Assembly: GCA_045106895.1 (NCBI GenBank)
Contig: JBGCFM010000110.1
Location: 1-17,708, forward strand
Source of the DNA: Polyangiales bacterium
GTDB lineage: Bacteria > Myxococcota_A > Polyangia > Polyangiales > Houyiibacteriaceae
Reading direction: 5' to 3'
DNA: 17,708 bases
Shown here one piece after another: positions 9,264 to 16,494 of this stretch. How positions within the stretch are numbered: the stretch's first letter is position 1; each line of letters opens with the position of its first letter. The translations under genes and the position numbers were made by a program. The notes beneath the pieces are model-generated. The model was given only the letters and a program-made list of their open reading frames with translations, was not told the origin of the DNA and made no database searches.

Positions 9264-9338
9264 AAGGGCGCTGACGACATAGTACGTTAGGAGGCGTGAG
9301 TTCTCCGCTCGCGATTCGAAGCGTCTGCGCTCACCACG

Positions 9339-9373
9339 AAAAACGCCCTGATGCCATTCCGGCACCAGGGCGT
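9339..9373 (-). terminator. Intrinsic (rho-independent) terminator after the lipoprotein gene
   Basis: Minus strand ACGCCCTGGTGCC-GGAAT-GGCATCAGGGCGT-TTTT: a 13-bp stem with one G-U pair followed by a U-run, about 20 nt after the stop at 9393. Confidence 0.85.
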
Positions 9374-9392
9374 CGTTCCGTCGTCGAGGCGG

Positions 9393-10064
9393 CTATTCGC
9401 AGGTGTGCTCGGCGAAGTCGGCGGGGGCCGAGTAGTCGCTCGCTTCGATGCCGTCGGTGCCGATGTTTCGAGCGACGACGTTCGTGAGTGCGGCCGCGCA
9501 GTCGCCGGTCCAGAGGACTTCCGAGCCCATCATTCTCTCGGCGACGCTCTTACGACTCGACCCGGGTGCATCGCCCCAGCAAACGAAATCGATCATGGCG
9601 TTACGGCTGCCGTACATCGGGGAGTCGTAGAGCGCGAGCTCGCCGGATGTGGAGGAAGCGCCCATGAAACCAGCCGACGCGACGTATGTCGCGTAGCCAC
9701 CCGCAGGAACGGTGATGCCGCTTCCGTCGATGGTCTCGTACTGGGGACGGCTACAAAGAACAAAACCGTCGAGGCCGATGTCGCCGTCGGTGGGGTTGAA
9801 GAACTCGATCTCGCCGCTCGCTACGTCGTATTGGGAGATGACGAGGTTGTCGCCGCCTTGTGTGGGCATGAGGTCGGGGCAGAGGTCGCCGGGACCTGCG
9901 TCGTCCATGGGGCCTGCGTCATCCGCTGGACCGGTATCGTCGGCCGTACTGGTGTCTGCTAGCGCGCCGGTGTCCGTCGCGGGACCGGTGTCCGTGCTCA
10001 TGTCATCGTCACCGCAGCCAAATGCCATGGCGGCGAGTAGTGTTAAGAAAAGTGTCTTTTTCAT
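9393..10064 (-). CDS. Lipoprotein with acidic DTG/DAG linker and lamin-tail-domain-like C-terminal domain
   Basis: Lipobox MKKTLFLTLLAAMAFG-C; GGAGG RBS. LTD-like LVISQ....IEFFNPTDGDIGLDGFVLC...ITVPAGGY...GELALY...IDFVCWG. Confidence 0.85.
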   Translation of the reverse strand: MKKTLFLTLLAAMAFGCGDDDMSTDTGPATDTGALADTSTADDTGPADDAGPMDDAGPGDLCPDLMPTQGGDNLVISQYDVASGEIEFFNPTDGDIGLDGFVLCSRPQYETIDGSGITVPAGGYATYVASAGFMGASSTSGELALYDSPMYGSRNAMIDFVCWGDAPGSSRKSVAERMMGSEVLWTGDCAAALTNVVARNIGTDGIEASDYSAPADFAEHTCE

Positions 10065-10223
10065 AGTTCCTCCAAAAGGCGTGTGCTCCCCGAAGGGTCT
10101 GCCTCATGCGTTGTTAGCGTGTTTCTCGCGCTGTGCCCAAATCCCAGCGCAAGAAGGGGCGCGAAAGGCTTGATATAGGCGTTCTTCGAAACGCACTTCG
10201 GAGAATGGTCTACCCTGTGTCCG

Positions 10224-11519
10224 GTGGCACTAGGCAGCACTCAACCGTCCGAGGGGCATCCGGGCTTTCCGGTCCGAACACTCGTCGCCGAGGTGGTTGA
10301 GGGGCCGGACAAAGGCGCGAGAGGCGTTGCGTCGAGTGATTCGCTCTCCATCGGAAGCGCCGAAGGCAACGACCTCGTGCTCAGCGACCGCACGGTGTCG
10401 CGCTACCACCTTGAGCTCGGCCGCGGCGCCGGCGGTATCGTCCTCCGCGATCTGGACTCGACGAACGGCACGCTCCACGCCGGGGCCAGGATCCGAGACG
10501 GTGTGGTCCCCATCGGAGCCACGCTTCAGCTCGGTGATTCGCGTGTGGTCGTCTCGGACGGCGAGCGCGTCACCGTGGAACTTCACGACGAAGATGAGTA
10601 CGCGGGGATCGTTGGGCGGACGCCGATCATGCGTCGCTTGATGGCGAAGATCCGCAAGGCGGCGCGAGCGGAAACGCCGGTGCTCGTCATCGGCGAGTCA
10701 GGCACCGGCAAGGAGCTCGTCGCGCGCGCATTGCACAACGCAGGGCAGCGTGCGGACAGACCTTTCGTCACCGTCGATTGCGGGGCGCTCGCTCCGACGC
10801 TCGTCGCATCGGAGCTCTTCGGGCACGAAAAGGGCGCTTTCACGGGGGCCGACCGACAGCATCTCGGCGCCTTCGAGCGCGCGAACGGCGGCACGCTCTT
10901 TCTCGACGAGCTGGGTGAGCTGCCGTCCACGTTGCAACCCACGCTCCTCGGTGCGCTGGAGCGTGGCACGTTTCGGCGCGTTGGCGGCCGCGCGCCCGTC
11001 GAGGTCGATGTCCGTGTTGTCTGCGCGACGCACCGCGATCTGCGAGCGGAGGTCAACGCCGGGCGTTTTCGCCTCGACCTCTACTACCGCATCGCCGTCG
11101 TCGTACTCGCCCTGCCGCCGCTCCGAGAGCGAACAGAGGACCTGCCTATTCTTGTCCGTCGTTTCCTCGAGGAAGCAGGCCATGCCGGCGAGGTCGAAGA
11201 GATCATTCCTTCGGACACCATGACTTCCCTGTGCGCCCATCGATGGCCCGGGAACGTGCGCGAGCTTCGTAATGTGGTGGAAGCCACGCTGGCCATGGGT
11301 GAGCCGCCGATGCTCCACCCGGAGCTTGGTCAAGACAGCGAAGCGTGGATGGAGCTGGGCTACAAACAAGCGCGGCAAGCGGTTTTGAGCGACTTCGAAG
11401 GTCGTTACCTGCGCCGCCTCGTCGAGCGCGCAGAAGGCAACGTGAGTCGTGCGGCCCGTGAAGCGCGAATGGACCGCACCTATCTCATCAAGCTCCTGCA
11501 GAAACACGGGCTGCGTTAG
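10224..11519 (+). CDS. FHA-domain sigma54-dependent enhancer-binding protein (FHA-AAA+-Fis HTH)
   Basis: FHA: IGS...NDLVL.D.TVSRYH...DLDSTNGT. AAA+: Walker A GESGTGKE, ELFGHEKGAFTGA, Walker B LFLDE, ATHRDL, FRLDLYYRI, WPGNVREL. C-terminal HTH GNVSRAAREARMDRTYL. Confidence 0.95.
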   Translation: MALGSTQPSEGHPGFPVRTLVAEVVEGPDKGARGVASSDSLSIGSAEGNDLVLSDRTVSRYHLELGRGAGGIVLRDLDSTNGTLHAGARIRDGVVPIGATLQLGDSRVVVSDGERVTVELHDEDEYAGIVGRTPIMRRLMAKIRKAARAETPVLVIGESGTGKELVARALHNAGQRADRPFVTVDCGALAPTLVASELFGHEKGAFTGADRQHLGAFERANGGTLFLDELGELPSTLQPTLLGALERGTFRRVGGRAPVEVDVRVVCATHRDLRAEVNAGRFRLDLYYRIAVVVLALPPLRERTEDLPILVRRFLEEAGHAGEVEEIIPSDTMTSLCAHRWPGNVRELRNVVEATLAMGEPPMLHPELGQDSEAWMELGYKQARQAVLSDFEGRYLRRLVERAEGNVSRAAREARMDRTYLIKLLQKHGLR

Positions 11520-11587
11520 TCATTCAACGATGCGACGGGCAACTCGGCCTGCGAATCTGAATCCTGATGCTATGGCGTAGGCAACAC

Positions 11588-12394
11588 ATGCCACACACAC
11601 GCCTTTTGTATCGCCTCCTCGTCCTCATCGCCTTCGGAACCGCCGCTTGTGGTTCATCCGAAACGCCCGCCGAAGAAGAAGAGGTAGAGACCGTCGCGGC
11701 GGAGGAGGAAGCCCCTTCCGAAGAGTCCGCACCGGAGAGTCCTGCGCAGCCGGCGGACTCCATCAACCCAGGCGGAGAGCCGGCTCCAGACCAGGCGGAG
11801 ATGGCTGAGGCTATGGCGCGCTTCCGAGCAGCACTCGACACGGCGGCGAACGCCGAAGGCGACAGTCCTTGTGAACGCTCCTACAACGGTATCCTCGCGA
11901 TGATCGCGTCGATGCCTGATGCGGACCCCGAAGAGAGCGGCGTCCCTACACCTGAGGTGTTCATCGCAGGCTGCAGCCGGCTTCCGGAGGCAGCTCAGAC
12001 TTGCCTCAACCCGGGCTACGGTGCGCAGCACCCTGAGTGCAGAGAACAGCTTGAGAGTCCCGAAGTTCAGGCCTTCGCTCGCTCCGTGGGTGGCGGCGCT
12101 CCTCCGGCAGGGGCGCGCCCCGCAACACCTCCGATGCCTCAGGGGGCTTCACCCGGTGCTACTGCATGCGAGCGGGCCTACAACGGTATGCAAGCGATGT
12201 TCGATTCGATGCCCGATACACGCGGCGCTCAGATGCCAGACCAGGCGAGATTCATGGCGGCGTGTGCTGAACTCCCCGAGGAGACCGCGCAGTGCGCAGA
12301 TCCCGGCTACGGCGCGGGTCACCCGGAGTGCATGGAGTGGCTCCAAACACCCGAGGCGATGGCGTTCCGAAACGCGCTTCAGCCCGCGCAGTAG
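11588..12394 (+). CDS. Lipoprotein with two copies of a four-cysteine domain
   Basis: Lipobox LLVLIAFGTAA-C, Glu/Pro-rich linker, and two ~68-aa repeats CER.YNG..AM..SMPD...F.A.C..LPE....C..PGYGA.HPEC.E.L..PE..AF. Confidence 0.85.
   Translation: MPHTRLLYRLLVLIAFGTAACGSSETPAEEEEVETVAAEEEAPSEESAPESPAQPADSINPGGEPAPDQAEMAEAMARFRAALDTAANAEGDSPCERSYNGILAMIASMPDADPEESGVPTPEVFIAGCSRLPEAAQTCLNPGYGAQHPECREQLESPEVQAFARSVGGGAPPAGARPATPPMPQGASPGATACERAYNGMQAMFDSMPDTRGAQMPDQARFMAACAELPEETAQCADPGYGAGHPECMEWLQTPEAMAFRNALQPAQ
11870..12367 (+). repeat. Internal domain duplication (11870-12076 and 12167-12367)
   Basis: Direct alignment of the two translated units conserves four Cys, YNG, SMPD, LPE and PGYGA.HPEC. 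Confidence 0.9.
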
Positions 12395-12399
12395 CGCGC

Positions 12400-14343
12400 T
12401 CACGGTCGGGGCATGTAGTCGCGGCCCGCGGGGCAAGGAGGCCCCGAGTTCGCGTTTCCGGAATCTGAGTCGCGAATCGTGAGCTCCACCCGGCGGTTGA
12501 TCTCCCATGCCGCCCGGTTGTGTCCAGACTCGATGGGGCAGAGTTCACCGTAGCCGGCGCTCTGGAGCCGGTCGCGAAGTACGCCCCGTTGCACGAGCGC
12601 TTCGAGCACCGCCGCGGCTCTGTCCCGTGTGAGCCGGAGGTTGTAGTCATCGTCGCCGCGCTCGTCGGCGTGTCCCTGGATTTCCACGCGATGGATTTCT
12701 CGATGACCATTGAGACCAGCGGTGATGGCGTCGAGGATGCGGCCGCTTTCCGGGAGAATCTCGGCGCTATCGGTCTCGAACTGAACCTTCTCGAGCAGGA
12801 CAAAGCCGCCGCGGACTTCGTAGAAAATGCCGCGATCAGGGCAGCCATCTTCGTCTTCAAACCCGTTGTACTCCTCCGGCTCGTCTGGGCAGTCGTCGTC
12901 GTCGTCGAGGATTCGGTCGCCGTCGTTGTCCAGGTCCGGGCAGCCCTCGTCGTCCTGAAATCCGTCCACGTCCTCGGGGTCGTTCGGGCACAGGTCATCC
13001 ATGTCCAGCAGGCCATCGCTGTCGTTGTCCGTATCGGGACATCCATCGTCGTCTTGAAAGCCATCGCGGTCCTCGGGGTCGTCGGGGCATTCGTCGACGG
13101 TGTCGAGGATTCCGTCTCCGTCACGGTCGCCTTCGCCGCCCTCGGGGCAGCCGTCCTCATCCGCGTCACCATCGCGGTCTTCGGGCACCATCGGACACTC
13201 GTCGTCGTCGTCGAGGATGAGGTCTCGATCGTTGTCCGGGTCGGGGCAGCCATCTTCATCGGCGAAGTTGTCAAAGTCCTCCGGCTGGTTTGGGCATCCG
13301 TCGACGTCGTCGCGGTATCCGTCCCCGTCGCGGTCGCCCACGGAAGGCTCAAAGACGAACCCGACGGTGCCGCGATAGTCGGCGGCCAAGAGACCGCCCG
13401 TGAGGCCAAGGCCCGCGCCGAGCTGTAGGTACGAGTTGTCGCCGACGAAGATCTTGGCGCCGGCGAGCGCTTCCATGGAGAGGGAGCCGCTCTCGCCGAG
13501 CGCGCGGGCGTTCTGCGCGCCATATGCTTCGGCCAAGAGCTCGATGGAATCTCCCACGCGCACGCCGAAACCGAGGGAGAACGTGAGGGCGTCGTCGTGG
13601 GTGAGGGGTGTGCCTACGTTTGTGAACGCGGCGCCCGTCGCGTTCGACGCCGAAGGCTCCGTTCGCGAGCCCACCGGGAGCGTCGCGCCTTCGCCGAGTA
13701 CCGCGCGATAGCCGGCATTGGCCAGGAGACGAAAGCGCCGAACCGGCTGCCACTCGAGGGCGAGGTTGGGCCAGAGAGTGACGCTCGGAGCGCCTCCGAA
13801 TCGGGAAGCATCTCCGGTCGGGAGCGAGATACGTGCAGAGACGGCGAGGCCGAGCGGGTCGCGTTCAGCGCGAAGCAGTCGCGCCTTTATATGAAACGAG
13901 AGATCACCCACGCCCTGCAGGTCGAGGCCCGTGCCGTCCCCGTAGAACCCTGGCAGCTCAACGGCGGGGCCGCTCGCCAACACGATGGGCAGCTGAAGGC
14001 CGACCACGATTCGGCTGGCGACGCCGAGGTTGCCGTGCAGCGTTCCCGTCAGGAAAGAGCCCACCAATCGGTCTACGCGCTCAGCGCCGGCGGCGGTGGT
14101 TTCTTCTTCTCGGCGAAAAGCGTCGACCTGCACCAGTCCAAAACCGCCATCGAGGACCAGCCCAAAGCTGACGTCGAGATGCCCCAGAATGTCCGTACCG
14201 TCGGAAACCAAAAGGCCTTTGGAGTCGAGGGACGCGCGGAAGAGGCGCAGGTCCATGCCGCCAGCACTCAGTTGAGCGTTGGCAGCGGACGGGCAGAGTA
14301 GGGCGAGGCCGGCGAGTAGCGCGAAGGCGCGGAGGTGGGTCAT
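12400..14343 (-). CDS. Outer-membrane OmpA-family protein with N-terminal beta-barrel and thrombospondin type-3 repeats (TraB-like architecture)
   Basis: Signal peptide MTHLRAFALLAGLALLCPSAANA-Q, amphipathic beta-strands ending GFVFEP, five Asp-rich Cys repeats, and OmpA_C motifs VQFETDSA, IQGHADERG...YNLRL...RA, GYGE..P, NRRVE. Confidence 0.93.
   Translation of the reverse strand: MTHLRAFALLAGLALLCPSAANAQLSAGGMDLRLFRASLDSKGLLVSDGTDILGHLDVSFGLVLDGGFGLVQVDAFRREEETTAAGAERVDRLVGSFLTGTLHGNLGVASRIVVGLQLPIVLASGPAVELPGFYGDGTGLDLQGVGDLSFHIKARLLRAERDPLGLAVSARISLPTGDASRFGGAPSVTLWPNLALEWQPVRRFRLLANAGYRAVLGEGATLPVGSRTEPSASNATGAAFTNVGTPLTHDDALTFSLGFGVRVGDSIELLAEAYGAQNARALGESGSLSMEALAGAKIFVGDNSYLQLGAGLGLTGGLLAADYRGTVGFVFEPSVGDRDGDGYRDDVDGCPNQPEDFDNFADEDGCPDPDNDRDLILDDDDECPMVPEDRDGDADEDGCPEGGEGDRDGDGILDTVDECPDDPEDRDGFQDDDGCPDTDNDSDGLLDMDDLCPNDPEDVDGFQDDEGCPDLDNDGDRILDDDDDCPDEPEEYNGFEDEDGCPDRGIFYEVRGGFVLLEKVQFETDSAEILPESGRILDAITAGLNGHREIHRVEIQGHADERGDDDYNLRLTRDRAAAVLEALVQRGVLRDRLQSAGYGELCPIESGHNRAAWEINRRVELTIRDSDSGNANSGPPCPAGRDYMPRP
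12838..13335 (-). repeat. Five tandem ~33-aa TSP3-like Ca2+-binding repeats
   Basis: Units of DxDxDGxxDxxDxCPxxPEDxDGFxDxDGCP repeated five times. Confidence 0.92.
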
Positions 14344-14356
14344 ACCCGCTCTACAA

Positions 14357-14372
14357 TGCGAAAGCGGTGCCA
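14357..14372 (-). promoter_or_regulatory. sigma54 (-24/-12) promoter of the OmpA/TSP3 gene
   Basis: Minus strand TGGCACCGCTTTCGCA, i.e. GG-N10-GC with the TGGCAC core, 14 nt upstream of the ATG. Confidence 0.7.
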
Positions 14373-14421
14373 CAAGGATAGTGCGTCAAGGCGCCCGTTT
14401 TCGTTGTCGGCAGGCAGCAGG

Positions 14422-14444
14422 GTGTTGTCTACAGACGACAACAC
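14422..14444. promoter_or_regulatory. Palindrome GTGTTGTC-N7-GACAACAC, candidate enhancer (UAS) for the sigma54 promoter
   Basis: 8-bp perfect inverted repeat centred about 87 nt upstream of the predicted start site. No U-tract follows it. Confidence 0.5.
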
Positions 14445-14471
14445 TCGGTGAGCGCGGCGCGGCCCGCTGGC

Positions 14472-14982
14472 TCAGAGCTCGAGCATGCGTTCTTCCAGCA
14501 TGCGGTTTCGGCGCGCGAGACGTTCGAAGCGGCTGATGCCGCTAACGAAGAGGATCCCGCCGGCTAGCGCAACGAGTCCAGCGAGACACAGAAGCCCCCA
14601 CCCTGGAGCGAAGGACTCTTCGATGGCGAAGCTCCCGTTTGGCTGCATGGACCGCGTGTGACTGGTGAAGCGCTCTGAGAAAGCGAATATCAAGCTCGCG
14701 CCAACCACCGCTGTCACCCCGAGCGTGATGCCCCCAGCGATACGTGCCATGGGCCGGCCGATTTCGCGACGATTGGCCTCACGCTCCCCTTCGAGCATCT
14801 CCGCTCGGACGACGAGTCGGTCCTCTGGTGCTGGTTCGCGCTCGGCGGGCCTCGCCATGGAGTTGCAGCGCATGGCAGCTGAGGCTCGCGACACCCAGCG
14901 AGATGTGTTGCGCAGCAGCGGTGGACGCTCCGGCGATGCCGGCGCAGTACACACAGACAACAAAGCTGAGCAGGCGGACCAC
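14472..14982 (-). pseudogene. Exported/membrane protein gene split by an apparent 1-nt frameshift near 14847-14849 (real lesion or sequence error)
   Basis: The 5' frame (GTG 14982) encodes a signal peptide MVRLLSFVVCVYCAGIAGASTAAA-Q. The 3' frame encodes a helix plus two TM segments. Removing one C from GAGGCCCGCCGAG joins them into a 169-aa protein. Confidence 0.6.
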
Positions 14983-15052
14983 CTGCGGGAGCTTAGCATG
15001 TGGAAATCGGTGCTCATGCCCGCCCGCGGCGCTAGCTTGTAGCGAGGTTGAC

Positions 15053-15535
15053 GTGAAGGTCGGAGAACAAATCGTCGCACGCGTCGTAGAGGTTCAAGAG
15101 AACGGCATCTACCTTCGTCATGAGGACTATTCTGGCATCGTCTCCGTGGTCGAGTTGACGTGGAACGAGACCCAGAGGCCTGTTCCAGAAGACTTCGCGC
15201 GCGCTGGCGACGACCTGCGTTTGCTCGTCATGACTGTGCATGAGCATGGCTTCTCCGGTTCACTGAAGCGGCTCCGACCTGGGGACGACCCGCGGCGTCT
15301 GCCGGTCCTCACAGATGGGAGCGTGCTCAACGCGTCCGTACGCGCAAAGCGAGCCTTCGGGGTGTTCGTCGATCTCTCCATTGGGCTTGTGGCGACGCTG
15401 GAGGGCTGCACGCACTCGTTTCGCGACAGCCTGGAGGTGGGGCAAGCACTACGCGTCATCGTTAGCAACGTGGACAAAGCGAGCGGAAAGCTGAGTGTCC
15501 GTTTGGCCGACGAGGTGGACGAAAAACCAAGCTGA
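15053..15535 (+). CDS. Stand-alone protein with two S1 (OB-fold) RNA-binding domains
   Basis: VKVGEQIVARVVEV...GIY...SGIVSVVELTW...GDDLRLLV, and GSVLNASVRAKRAFGVFVDL..GLVA...LEVGQALRVIVSNVD...GKLSV. GAGG lies 5 nt before GTG 15053. Confidence 0.85.
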   Translation: MKVGEQIVARVVEVQENGIYLRHEDYSGIVSVVELTWNETQRPVPEDFARAGDDLRLLVMTVHEHGFSGSLKRLRPGDDPRRLPVLTDGSVLNASVRAKRAFGVFVDLSIGLVATLEGCTHSFRDSLEVGQALRVIVSNVDKASGKLSVRLADEVDEKPS

Positions 15536-15590
15536 TTTCCGAAGGCGAAAATAAGACCCAAGGCTGAGGGCGCGTCGTGGTCTGACCCCC

Positions 15591-16115
15591 ATGGACCGCT
15601 TCCTCGTACCTAACCCCTGCTCCGAAGATGCCTCCAAGATGGCGAAGACGCCGAGGGGGTTCTACTGCGGGGCGTGTGAGCACTCCGTCATCGACGCGAC
15701 CCGGATGACGCGCGCGGCGTTCCTCCGTGTCGTGAAAGACGCAAAGGAGTCCGGGGACAAGGTGTGCGCCCGGGTTCGAAGAGGAGAGGGCGGCGAAGCT
15801 GCCTTTCGGGCGCCACCGCCACCTGCGCGCGTTCCGCGTCGTCGCTTCGCCGGTGGTCTCGTCTTGCTCTCGGCGCTGACGGGTGGCTGCGGTGTGGGCG
15901 CACCCGAGGCGGACCTCTCTGCGACAACGCAGCCGGCGGAGCAGTCGAGCCGGACGCCGGCGCAAACGACCGCGCCGGAGGCTCCCGTGGCGCCGCCGAC
16001 CGAGCCCCCGACCGAGCCCCCGACGGAACAGGTCGATCCGGCAGAGCATGAGTTCTTGATGGGCGACATTGAGCACGTGCCGTATCCCTCCCCAGATCCT
16101 GACCCGCAGCCCTGA
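15591..16115 (+). CDS. Hypothetical protein: N-terminal Cys4 domain, internal RR-hydrophobic-lipobox segment, Pro/Thr-rich tail
   Basis: PNPC10...GFYC26GAC29..SVID.T.MT...VC59AR, then RRRFAGGLVLLSALTGG-C100, PTEP repeats and LMGDI near the C-terminus. Confidence 0.8.
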   Translation: MDRFLVPNPCSEDASKMAKTPRGFYCGACEHSVIDATRMTRAAFLRVVKDAKESGDKVCARVRRGEGGEAAFRAPPPPARVPRRRFAGGLVLLSALTGGCGVGAPEADLSATTQPAEQSSRTPAQTTAPEAPVAPPTEPPTEPPTEQVDPAEHEFLMGDIEHVPYPSPDPDPQP

Positions 16116-16188
16116 GCTACTAGCCAGGTAGGCGTTTCCTTTGTCCGTGAAATTGACGTCGGTCCATCGACAGGAGACGCTTCACGGC

Positions 16189-16494
16189 ATGGACCAAAAA
16201 GAGCGCGCTACCTTCACCAAGATCATCGCATTGGTCTTGATCGCGGACGGTGTCTTGGGAGACGGCGAACGGGCCCACCTGGATGAGGTGATGCGTGAGA
16301 TCGGCATGGACGAAGCGGAGCAAAAGAGCGCGCTCAAGGGCATCGATCTCGACTCACCCGTCGAGCCCCTGGTGAAGTCCCTCGTCGGCAAGCACCGCGA
16401 GCAGCTCGTCGCCGCAGTGAACAAGGCGCACGGCATCGACCCTTCCAGCGGGCCGAGTCCCCTCGTGGACCGAATCTTAGCCGCAGCTTCATAG
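16189..16494 (+). CDS. TerB-like (tellurite-resistance B / DjlA N-terminal-like) small helical protein
   Basis: Motif LIADGVLGDGERAHLDEVM (ADG-x4-E). AGGAG upstream of ATG 16189. Confidence 0.75.
   Translation: MDQKERATFTKIIALVLIADGVLGDGERAHLDEVMREIGMDEAEQKSALKGIDLDSPVEPLVKSLVGKHREQLVAAVNKAHGIDPSSGPSPLVDRILAAAS

Noticed and set aside
10122..10139. Possible sigma54 promoter for the LTD lipoprotein (minus strand TGGGCACAGCGCGAGA)
   Set aside because: The -12 position is GA rather than GC, and the sequence is part of a hairpin arm.
12838..13335. Repetitive DNA that might be mistaken for a CRISPR array
   Set aside because: Degenerate in-frame coding repeats (TSP3), with no identical repeats with unique spacers and no cas genes.
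12400..14343. Assigning the gene symbol traB
   Set aside because: The architecture matches, but there is no adjacent traA and myxobacteria carry several such paralogues; orthology cannot be shown from sequence alone.
14744..15052. N-terminal extension of the S1 protein ORF
   Set aside because: Overlaps the opposite-strand gene; GTG 15053 has an RBS and coincides with the S1 domain start.
15996..16028. 12-bp tandem repeat ccgaccgagccc
   Set aside because: Simply encodes a PTEP linker.
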